From Hormiphora californensis (taxonomy: Eukaryota > Animalia > Ctenophora), in assembly GCA_020137815.1 (NCBI GenBank), contig CM035359.1, positions 6,200,001 to 6,264,000 of the forward strand: DNA of 64,000 nt. Direction: 5' to 3'. Every line of letters begins with the position of its first letter. Positions within the stretch are counted from its first letter, which is position 1. The position numbers and the translations under genes were made by a program. Shown here piece after piece: positions 44,301-55,400 of the stretch. The notes beneath the pieces are model-generated. The model worked only from the letters and a program-made list of their open reading frames with translations, was not told where the DNA came from and ran no database searches.

Positions 44301-46777
44301 TTGAAATAATCTTTCCACTTCCATCTTTACTAGACGTATTTTTTCACGCTGATTCCGAATCTGTCATTTATTTTGATCTACGACCACGTCATCCCCTGGA
44401 GACGCCCTCCTGAATGAATTGCTTGTGCGTCGCGTTGCAGTGCTGTCACTATGCGCTCTCTCGCCAATTAGCTGCGCTCGCAAATTTACACAACTGTGCC
44501 ACCTGAGCTGAGATGGATCTCAAAGAAGCTGCTCAGCGGTCAGAAATTTTGAGTTTAAACGCCAAGACAATTAAGATCCAATCCATCATCAATTGATCAT
44601 TTGCTAATGAATTGGACCTGTTGCTTGGTTCGTAATTCCAGGTTGAGTTTCAGGAAATATCGATATTTCCTGAAACTCAACCTGGGCTGGAATCACGAAC
44701 CAAACAACAGGAAAAAAGATCTAAAAGGAGAAATACCCAGTTAGACCATCTAATATAAAATCATTAGGGTGAGTAGGAAGTGCCCAATCTCATTCACTTT
44801 TAGCCGGGGTTATGTCTTCAACACGTGACAAATCACGTGCTTCGAGAAAGAGATTCGATATTTCGATTGTAAAAATGGTAGTTATTATCCGTTTGACAAC
44901 CTCAATGACGTTTGGCACTTTAAACGATTTTATCGGTTCTGAAAAGATCGATCCGCTCCAGCCCCACATAGTGTTGACTCAGCGAAACGTCCTCTCCCAT
45001 TTTCTTGCCGTTTCGCACGTGGATCAGCTTGCCTCCGGGTCCCCCAGACGAGTTCCCGTTGACGACGCTCTTACTCTGACTGCTCGAGCTATTAATTCGG
45101 AGCTTTTTGTCAATAATGGCGTTACAACAGTTTTAGAATTTAATATTAAAAAGTAAGTGGCCCTGAGTATTATACTTGTTCTTAAGTATATTAAATGTTC
45201 TCTACTACTCGCAACAGTTCTCTACTATTTCTCAGATTAAATTATTTCTATCCTTGTTTTTGCCCAGGGCTTTGAAGAAACTGTTTGACAATACCAAGAA
45301 AGCAAGTAAACGGTCATCGAATCAAAAAGCCAAGTTTGAATCTGAGTTACTCTGCAACATATTCATGTCTACCCACCCATTATTTGGCAAGCAAAAGGTA
45401 GATTTATTGCTGATTCTGAACAATTGTCTGTTTAGCTTAGTATGTTATCATCATATTGCAGTACAGGGTGTTCTACTGTCCTTGCGTGACCTGCGATTTT
45501 GAGTCTTGACGGGGCTCCATTAAATTGATCATATTTCATCAAAAAATAGGTCAAAATGGTTCTAACAAAAACAGTGTTGTAGATAATTTTCAGGCAAACA
45601 TTTTTCCTGACAATTCTCTAATCTCTATAGAGACATATATGTAACACTGTTTTTGTTAGATTAACCATTTTGACCTATTTTTCGAAGAGATATGATTAAT
45701 TTAATGGAGCCCAGTCATGAATCGTGTAGGAAAACTACAACGTCGCATGGATCAGGCAGAGGGACTTTTATAGAACATAGAGACAATTTTAACCTATTTA
45801 TGTGTAACATGCGTGACAACATGTATAATTTACAACCTGTTTTATTAAACAGATTACAGTTTTTAAAGGTCCCCCCAAACTACTATGTCCCTTGCTGCGC
45901 GCGACCGGATTTTAGACGGTCATAGCTCCACCCCCTGATAAGATAGAGACTTGAAATTTGTTTTGTGAGGAGATCATGTCGAGTTCTTCCTACAAAACAA
46001 ATTTCAAGTCTCTATCTCATCAGGGAGTGGAGTTATGACCGTGGGAAATTTTACAAAACCCGAGTGAGGGACATAGTAGTTTGGGGTGTACTTTAGCTTC
46101 TGTGAAGTTTGCTTGAGAGATGAGATTGAGATATTACTTTATTTTATGCCACCAAGTTACAAGTGTTTGTCCAGAGTTCTCGAAATTACCGAACTGAGAA
46201 GACAGCAACTCCGTTGAGATCCATCTCAGGTGACACAGCTGTGTGTAAATTTGCGAGCGCAGCTAATTGGCGAGAGAGAGCGCATAGTGACAGCACTGCA
46301 ACGCGACGCACAAGCAATTCATTCAGGAGGGCGTCTCCAGGGGAAGACGTGGTCGTAGATCAAAATAAATGACAGATTCGGAATCAGCGTGAAAAAATAC
46401 GTCTAGTAAAGATGGAAGTGGAAAGATTATTTCAAAATCCGACACTCTACCGTTTGGAAGAGGTTTTTAGCGGGATCGTACAAGGGCATATTACTGTCAC
46501 TTCCGCAAGCCTGATACTGGATAGAATCGTTAGGGCACAAATTCGTTACATAGAGTTTTATTCTTCTCGTGACGGTATCAATACTAAACTTTTTGTAGTA
46601 CACGGCGGAAGAGTTAAGACATTTCATCAAAAAGCCATCGTAGGAGATAAATGCTTTGTCTTGGCATGACCTCACCAAAAACCCATTGTCGACTGCTATC
46701 GGACACCCACCATCGTTATCACCGGAAATTCCACTAGTGACCTCAACTAGGTAACACACGAAAACAAAGAGAGTCAT
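41337..46777 (-). pseudogene. Intronless LDLa-repeat rhodopsin-class GPCR (GRL101/RXFP-like, no LRRs), interrupted by a hAT element
   Basis: 5' part 46777-46450 (signal-like MTLFVFVCYLV...NLCPND...ACG). 3' part 44278-41337 has LDLa motifs (CDLVDDCGDGSDEEEC, CDGKIDCKDFSDEC) and a 7TM (TDFCCWMP, LPLNSVLNPVLY). Removing 44287-46449 plus one TSD copy restores ...KNLFQTAPVCG... in frame (about 1089 aa). Confidence 0.88.
44287..46449 (+). mobile_element. Internally deleted hAT (hATm-like) DNA transposon with nested MITEs
   Basis: About 230-bp TIRs starting TAGAGTGTCGG. Perfect 8-bp TSD CCGTTTGG (44279-44286 and 46450-46457). A two-exon internal fragment (44875-45152 and 45268-45398: LTQRNVLSHFL...IKKALKKLFDNTKKASKRS) resembles hATm transposase N-termini as I recall them. 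Nested inverted-repeat elements at about 45512-45711 and 45870-46090. Confidence 0.88.
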
Positions 46778-47486
46778 TTAATTTTAGCTGCTACAAAAAC
46801 TTGACAAACTTTGAAGTGGACAACTCCTTGATTTGAGAAAGTGTCACAATAGAGGTTTGCCAAGTTCACGTGAATTCAACACCTCTAGTAGGGACTTGTA
46901 GTTCAGAGGGATTATTTTAGCGATGGGGTGTTAAATAACGTCATGCAGCGGAACAAAAGATCAAGGGATGGAGAAACTAAAGGTTGCTAAACAGTATAGA
47001 ATCAAGAACATTTGCACTAAGTGTATCCATAGTGCTGTATTTCCCTGCCATTGGCCATGTGACACCCCTAATTACATCCCATCACCCATGACCTAAATGA
47101 GGCTCTGAAACGTGAGACAGAAAGGGCAGGCGATGAGCTGCCTAATTATACTCCTTTTCTAGTCTATGTGATCTCAACGCAATTCACCTCATACCTAGTA
47201 ATCAATGACATTGACTGTGGAAAGCAATTATAATGACGAAAACATGACGAACTATGAACATCAAAGTTACACGGTCCAAGCCATGGATTTCATAGCTCAT
47301 TTCAAAAGTACGTACATAGGGGGTAGGAGTATTTTTTCTCGATAATGAAAGGCGTAATTCAGCCTAAATTTAACCGAATTCTGCCCATGGAACAAGGGTG
47401 AATCGAAACCTAGCTGATATAACTACGTTATCGTTCTAGTGGCCAGTATTATGACAATATTATGTTAATCTCAGCCAGTCATTTAC

Positions 47487-49101
47487 CGTGGAGGGTTTTA
47501 AAAGGCTCAATTGATTTCTTCACTGTCGTTACTAGGATATCAGAATTCTTGATTTGCTGGACTAGCCAACAATTTGGGGCTTCCCCTCTATCTGAAATAG
47601 AAAGATGATGGAACTAGATTCTGATGGTTCTAAATGACACTGTAGTTACAATGTATAGCTGGTACATGGTGGGTATTATCCAGGAACCGACCAAATCAGG
47701 AAATACTGGTCCCTGATTGGCTGATAACCAGTCACGTGACCTAAATAACGAGTTCTGATTGGTTGTTTACTTGTTTCGGTCGGTTCCTGGTATTATCAAA
47801 TTCTAATTTCTACTGTTGAACAATGTGGTGTACGTGTGATGGTGAAGCTAGTAGTGTTCGTAATTTGATTACACACGATCCTACACAGCTACTGCAGGAG
47901 AGCTGTATAAGATTACAGGATTCTCCTTACATTACATGATCTTGCTCGGAAGAAAGGGGTGACAATGACAACTTCAGATAACAGACTAGTCGAATTAATT
48001 GTTGAACTAACTAACAGCTACCTTTAGATATAGCGGGCACACTTTTCAAAGCAGAAAATACTTCCATATCATCCAGTGCAGACTTCAAACATTTCTTAGT
48101 CACATGGTCAGTTTCAATGACATTACTCAACACCTCAATCAACCGGATAATGTGTTCAGAGTTCGTTTTGGACATTTTCATGGCCTCCTCAAGACCTCCC
48201 TGGACATCTGCCAGGTTTGTTACATTCACCAGGTATTTCAGCACTTCGAGTCTGTTGTAGTCATGGTTATGTGGATCCCGTAGGTACTGCTGTATGTTGT
48301 TGGTGAATGGTGTTTCGTTATCCTGTATAGAACGGGACTCGACTAGCTTTTCCGCTACCTGTGAAGGGACATTGTCGAAATAGCGTGTGCCTGGGACTCC
48401 AAACTCGCGTTCTATCCCTAGTAGGTATACATTTATTTTTCAAATCTATTTTCCTCCAATCTCTCACTCACTTATAACATACACACACACTAATTCACTC
48501 GTTGACAGCTCAACTGTAAGCACGCTCAGACTCACAACTGAGCACGTAGAGTGGACATCGAGCTTTTAATTGAAAATTAACAACCCAAATGCAACAAGCT
48601 TTTCAGTAACAAGTAGGGTCCATGATTAGTTTACGTACCTTAAGATTTCTGACATTATCGATTGGCCTCTTGTTACTTTCATTCAATGCGCCAGCATCAC
48701 TTTTATCGATCACTTTATCAATTTCACACTCCACACCATATACAGCAAACAGATGTAGAATTGTATTCCCACTTCCGTCTTCAGTGATCGAAAAATCAGT
48801 TGATTTCTCGATGAGAACCCTCAGGTTCTCGGATGCTCTCCCAGCACTGTTTTGAAGAAACAGCATAAGTGGTGTTTTTCCCTGAAATGGGGGGGGGGGT
48901 GTTGAAATTGATCATCTGATTAGTCTTTCAATGTTGGCCTAGAGAGAAACAGTCGTTATGTATACTTTATCAATCTTTTCTCAAACTTACATTTCTCTTC
49001 TCATTAAAGTTTATATCCTGAATGATAAGTTGGGATATTTTGGATTTGTTTTGTGTGGGGCTGGTAAGGAGCTCAAACAATTCCTCAATCTTGCTTCCCA
49101 T
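47487..49101 (-). CDS. Ankyrin-repeat protein, upstream part (probably the same gene as 33874-40005)
   Basis: ATG 49101: MGSKIEELFELL...NFNEKRN / GKTPLMLFLQN...DGSGNTILHLFAVYG...LNESNKRPID (ankyrin TPL and GNTILH motifs) / IEREFGV...SVPAISK / DRGEAPN...KTLH. It ends in a phase-1 donor at 47487 with no stop codon. Confidence 0.7.
47681..47789. mobile_element. MITE family A
   Basis: Same TIRs; 8-bp TSD GTATTATC. Confidence 0.9.
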
Positions 49102-50342
49102 TCCTGCGGCGGTCCCGGTCCCAGGCTCCTTTTTACATTCCACTCATGTCTAGCTCTGTTAAATAGACGTTAAGAATCACACGGAAAATCAGGAGTGATA
49201 CCAGATCATTCAATATAAATCCATCTTAAATAAACTATGACCTCAATTCCTCTGGGATTTTGAGCTCTAACTCACACTGGGAGGTAGCTAGAGTGGTATG
49301 GAGTGTCATAGAGGTGTTTTAGATAGAGACAAAATCCCATAAAACCTCATTTAATAAGCTTTTCTTATCACAGAATGAAAGATCGAAGCACAATAAGATA
49401 TGTTTCATATCCCCCTTGAGCCAACATCCAACATAAAACAATAATATCATCCAAATGATGGTAAGCTGAGCAATTGATTACGGTAGTGGTGGATTGAAAC
49501 TGTTTGCATTGACCTAAAGTGGTCATCATAGTAAATACAAAGGAGATATAATGTTGACTGACTAGCCGGGGCCGCGGAATGAGACCCCCTTCCGTTTTCT
49601 ATCGTATCACCTTCAGTCTGAGATGATTCAACGTAGGATTTAGATTTGATGCCCGGGAGACTGGGGGGTGACTGAAGATTATTTCGAGGACTCGAAAGCA
49701 GAGAGAAAGAAGGGCCGCACCCATTTATCAAACACATAGGGGATATATAATATACTATGTTCTATAATCGCGATAATTCAGATAGCTCGGATAGCCCGGA
49801 TAATAAATATTTTCAGGCTTCAGCAAAGTCTGGGGCACGAATCCCGAAAAGATCTGAGTTAACAGAGATTACACATACCCACTTTTGTTTAAAGGCCACC
49901 CCTTATATTTCTAACAAGCATTGCTAGACTGAGTGTACGTGTGTGTAGCGAGATTTCCTGGTGTCGAATGGGACAAGTGAGAAGAATTGAGAGACAGAAG
50001 GATTTGCAGTGCAATGTCGTTTTTAAAGATTTCGCAAATTTTAAAATTTATTTAAGTTTAAGTTTAAATTTAAGTTTACGCACAATTTATCACAAAGTCA
50101 CACAAATAAGATATAACTTCGTCCCGCTCTTACACCATAGCCCAGCAATGCTTTTAGAAGGTAGAACTCTCAACTCAGTAGCCCAGAAGAAATGAAACTG
50201 AGAAAATGAAGATATTTTACAAATGCTAACGATCGACTGCTAACTTCTGATATACTCAGGCCGGGAATGATTAGTAGTTAGTACATAGTACGAGACTGGA
50301 GAAATTCTGAGGGGACGGAGGTGTGTCCGTCTAATTCCGGGT

Positions 50343-51326
50343 CTAATCTTGTAATCTTGTAATCTTAATGTCTTCGTACAGATGCTGTACCGGTGTCAGT
50401 TCCTCAGGGGAAACTCTAACTGAATGGGATCCCATCAACAGTAAAACTCTAACTGATAATGAACCACAGTGATGGTTCTTTCTCTGTATTCTCTCTGTAG
50501 GCAGTACATCTATGTAATGCCTACAGAGAGAATACAGAGAAAGAACTATAGGGCATGCCCGGGCGGGCTCCCGGACTCATTACCGAAGGGACGGATGACC
50601 GAATGAAATTCAATCCCCCTTATCTCTTAACCCCTAACCCCTAACCACACCCTAACCCCCACCCTAACCCTAACCCTGACCCCTAACCACACCCTAACCC
50701 TAACCCTAACCCTAACCGTTACCCTAAAACGTAGCCCTAAAATTCATTCGGTCATCCGTCCCTTCGGTCATGCGTCCGGACACCTCCCGGGCGTGGGGGC
50801 GCACACAGAGAGAATACAGAGAAAGAACCATCACTGTGGTTCATTATCAGTTAGAGTTTTACTGTTGATGGGATCCCATTAATGGGATGCCATTCAGTTA
50901 GAGTTTCCCCTCACAGAGCCTCCCCCTCCCTGGATACAAGAAGTATCCAGTCCAGAATTGAGTTGTTATTTTGTCTGGTATATCCAGGTACCGAGGGTCT
51001 GTCCGGCATCCTCTTCAACCATTCCCCAAGAAGTACTTTGAACGCAGTGAGGTTTTTGGCTGAGTTCACATCACTTGGGTGAGTGTTCCATAGTTGGGTC
51101 GCTCTGGAAGCGAAGGAGTTGTGGAATTTCGTGGCCACCGACGACTGTGTGCTAGTGGGACACGTTGGCACCTCCGCTCGTAGATTTTAGGCGAGTCCCA
51201 AAGTGGACAGCAGTACTGAAGCTTACTGCGTACAAGGCTTTTGTAGATGATTAGCATTGTTCTCTTGGCTCTGGTCTTAAACGCCCGTAGAACCCACGCA
51301 CTTATCCGCCTAGCATCAGAGGTCAT
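50343..51326 (-). mobile_element. 5'-truncated LINE (CR1/L2-like) 3' fragment with microsatellite tail
   Basis: ORF2 C-terminal remnants WVLRAFKTR...YKSLVRSKLQYCCPLW and SFASRATQLWN...FKVLLGEWLKRMPDRPSVPGY. Probable (ATTACAAG)n tail at about 50343-50368. Confidence 0.75.
50566..50785. mobile_element. MITE-like element carrying telomere-type (CCCTAA)n repeats
   Basis: Inverted repeats at 50571-50607 and 50743-50779; flanking direct repeat CCCGGGCG; degenerate CCCTAA array at about 50627-50730. Confidence 0.7.
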
Positions 51327-52234
51327 TTTTCCTAGGGTTGTTCTAGGCGGTTGTCACGGTCAGGGGTCGTGACCCTTCACATATATGGTTTCGGCGTGGC
51401 ATTCCTTGTGCCTTCACCTTTCAGCATTGCACAAAATTTTCGTAATTCGTCAAAATTTTTATGAAACAGTTTTTTTTGAAACGACCGCCGACGACGCGAT
51501 TATATTGCGCGGCACCGTACCGCGCATTGATAAAAAGGGCGGAGTTGTTATAAACTCGCGCGTTACATTCGTGCCTTACTTCGTGCGCGCTTGGCGCCAA
51601 AGAGCATTCACACAATGCTCTTCCGTCATAAATTCGACGATTGGCGCCCGCGCCCTCCGTCATGCTGAATGTTGAAACCCTTGCTGAGCCAAATCGCTGC
51701 GAGGGACAGTGTTATATCAGATCAAGCTCCGCCCTGTCCTGACCGCCCACTGTCAGGTCAATGCTCTGACCACAGTTCTCGTGCCAATAGGGTCAGGCCA
51801 ATACTCTGACAGACCGCCCATTTGTTAACGTATTTTAGAAAATAAACAATTATCATTTTGGAATAAAACAAATCAGAAAGATTATAAATACATTGTGCTG
51901 CTGCAGCGGAGCTATTTTACAATAAACAAATGAATTGTTCATAAAATGTCAGGCGACTTAATTCAAATAAGCACATTGCTAAATGAAAATCGAGATCTGC
52001 TAGTTTAGCAAAATAACAAAAATATATACGCACAGCAGATATCAGCTTTTTACACGGAAGTAATTTTGATATCTCCTTCTGGTGATCAACACACACACAC
52101 GCCCTCTGTACAACAGTTTAATGGGGAATCTCACACATACACGGGCAGAACTCGGTTAAGGAGAGATTAATTAGTATTCTGAATAATGAGTTCAGAGCAA
52201 GAATTAAATAGGGAAGAAAATCGAAAAATACTGG

Positions 52235-52306
52235 GTTTGACCGGGAATTGAACCAGGGACCTCCAGAGAGACATGCTCGGAGCTATAAACCACTAAGCTA
52301 CCAAAC
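52235..52306 (-). mobile_element. tRNA-derived SINE head or pseudo-tRNA
   Basis: GTTTGGTAGCTTAGTGG (A box)...GGTTCAATTCC (B box), with paired ends GTTTGG/TCAAAC. The anticodon arm is non-canonical. Confidence 0.65.
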
Positions 52307-52474
52307 TTTTTACACGTTTTACTTTATAATGAGCCGTCCCTTTTCTAGCTTTTTTGATAAAATAAATCAATATCTACATCTCAATTACTATCTGATATAA
52401 TTGCCAATAATTGTCACTATCAAGCGCCCGTAAAATGTCCCGTCAGTTGCTGGGATTGCTAACCTCAAATCTCT

Positions 52475-55400
52475 TCATTTTAAACTGCCCCGACCGGGAT
52501 CTTTCCTGGCCCACTTCGGCTGCGGTCTTCTCTGCGTCTGTACTGAGCGTCTCACAGCACCGGGCCCTCAACTGAAAGAGAGAGTTGAGCTGTGAAGTTC
52601 GACACTGGTTGTCAATCTGACAGATATTTGTACAGTTGCAACTCCGACGAAGATCTGTCTAAGAAGACAGTATAAAAACACGAAGGCCTTGTCGAGTAAC
52701 ACACATACCTGTATAATCCTATCAGTCAGTGGTTTTAGTGCAGGTTGCCTTGCTATACAGCTAGACAGGGCATTCCAGGCAATATCAACTGCGTCAGAAT
52801 ACAGCAGGGGATTGAGGGATGAGTTGATAGGAAGGAGGATTACTGCTGCATAGGGGTACATGGCGGTGGCGTCAATTATCTCAGCAAAGTGGAGTAGGGA
52901 CGCTGTACACACTGGTACCTGTGGGAGAGGGGTAGTGGTACTGTAATGGACATAGGAAACTGGTGATACTGGTATAATGGGAATGGGTTTTAGATTGAAC
53001 ACTTTTTATTCAATTAACAAACAACATGCAGGAGCCAGGACACACAATGTACTAACCCAACAGCAGAAGTCAGCGACAATAAGTCGGGCAATCTTTTTCT
53101 GAAGGACGGCGTTCATCTTACTTTTCTTTGTTTTGCAACTCTTTCTCGCTGATTTCTGAAATGAATATGAGTAAATATTCGATTTAAAATTGTTTATGCT
53201 CATAACTGAGTCTGACAGTTGATAGATTTACTAGTTACCATGGTTACCACCATACAGTTGCCATGGTAACCATCATTTAGTTGCCACCACTAGTTACCAT
53301 GGTTACCTTGTAAGTGTAAATGTAGCTGGCGAGGATGTACACAAAGGTTAGGAAATCGAAGAGGATGATAAAAAATGGAAAACTCCAGTTAAGGTCTCGT
53401 GTTGTGGTGAACAACTTTGGAAGACACACACCGTGCTTTGAATAGTAACTCATTGGCCTGAAAAGTGGTAACTGGTAGTCATGGTTACTAAATCATCTAC
53501 ATAAACAGATGTCCTACTAGTTACCACCTGGTTACCATGGTTACCAGAGCTGGGAGGGGGAGGGATTACTTCTACATACTAATTACCACCTGGTTACCTG
53601 GGAGGTAATACAAACACTGGTTACCATAGTTACCTGGGAGGGAATACAAACACTGGTTACCATGGTTACCTGGGAGGGGATACAAACACTGGTCACCATG
53701 GTTACCTGGGAGGGGATACAAAAACTGGTTACCATGGTTACCTGGGAGGGGATACAAACACTGGTTACCATGGTTACCTGGGAGGGGATACAAACACTGG
53801 TTACCATGGTTACCTGGGAGGGAATACAAACACTGGTTACCATGGTTACCTGGGAGGGAATACAAACACTGGTTACCATGGTTACCTGGGAGGGGATACA
53901 AACACTGGTTACGATGGTTACCTGGGAGGGAATACAAACACTGGTTACCATAGTTACCTGGGAGGGAATACAAACACTGGTTACCATGGTTACCTGGGAG
54001 GGAATACAAACACTGGTTACCATGGTTACCTGGGAGGGGATACAAACACTGGTTACCATGGTTACCTGGGAGGGAATACAAACACTGGTTACCATGGTTA
54101 CCTGGGAGGGGATACAAACACTGGTTACCATGGTTACCTGGGAGGGGATACAAACACTGGTTACGATGGTTACCTGGGAGGGAATACAAACACTGGTTAC
54201 CATAGTTACCTGGGAGGGAATACAAACACTGGTTACCATGGTTACCTGGGAGGGGATACAAACACTGGTTACCATGGTTACCTGGGAGGGAATACAAACA
54301 CTGGTTACCATGGTTACCTGGGAGGGGATACAAACACTGGTTACCATGGTTACCTGGGAGGGAATACAAACACTGGTTACCATGGTTACCTGGGAGGGAA
54401 TACAAACACTGGTTATCATGGTTACCTGGGAGGGAATACAAACACTGGTTACCATGGTTACCTGGGAGGGAATACAAACACTGGTTACCATGGTTACCTG
54501 GGAGGGGTTCGTGTCTTTGGCCACACCTCCATGGTCAGTGTTATTAATTCCTCCCAGCTAGTGTGAACCGTTATGTTAGATCTGTAGTTGCTGAGAAATT
54601 CTACGTGGGCGTGTCGGGACCCATCCAATAAAATGGGGTTATCTGAGTAGTGGTACCTAGAGGAAGGAGGTACTTAGCCAATTGGTGCAGTGCTAGTGGT
54701 AAGTTAGCCAGAATATGAATAGATCTCAGATTCAATTTTAGCTACACCACCTGACATTGCACTACTTAGGATAGAAAATAAACCCCAAGATCAACAGCTG
54801 TATTATGTCAACGATGTTTTATGGAAACTGAGGTCTGAGAACAAGAATCCTTCTGACAATGAGAACTCACTCGTCAACAAAGTAGTCATGGAAACCAGGG
54901 TGAAGTGGTGTGAGGGCTAGAATTCCTGATACCAGCCAGGTGGTGAGGGCTATCAGACTACACACTCCAATAGCTCTGTACCTGCAATTATAATGATACG
55001 TTAACTAATTAATAATTAGCTATCAGCTAACATAGATCAGAATACAGTTTGGACAGTATCCGATGGATACAGTTTGATTGCAGTTTGGTTTCGCGGCCTT
55101 CGTTTGGTGCGCTTCGTGCGCCGGCAAGGGAGGGGTAACTTCGTTACCAAACAGTTTGGATAATGGCACATTTATCTGCATCTCTTGTTCAATGTGCCAC
55201 AGACTAACCTGGTAGTTTGGTTGTTCAAACCAAAACTTTGCACAACAGTTAATATCACACACATGTGTCACACATTATACTAACCTGGTAGTGTCTGTGG
55301 AGTGAGGTTTAACCACAATGATCATTCTATAGGTGGACAGCACTCCCAGGCTCATAACACTTGTCTGCACTGATAGAACTGATAGGACACCCAATAACTG

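Noticed and set aside
44287-44324. MEVERLFQNPTLY as the native GPCR N-terminus, and the + strand ORF 46412-46669
   Set aside because: Both derive from the transposon TIR. The native start is at 46777.
44287-46449. hAT element as a precise introner
   Set aside because: A GT donor forms at one end, but there is no AG at the far boundary, so exact excision by splicing is not supported.
52235-52306. Functional tRNA gene
   Set aside because: The anticodon arm does not fold canonically; better explained as a SINE head.
53572-54561. 36-bp array as a CRISPR locus or as 300-aa repeat proteins
   Set aside because: There are no unique spacers or cas genes and the context is eukaryotic and intronic. 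The ORFs exist only because 36 is divisible by 3.
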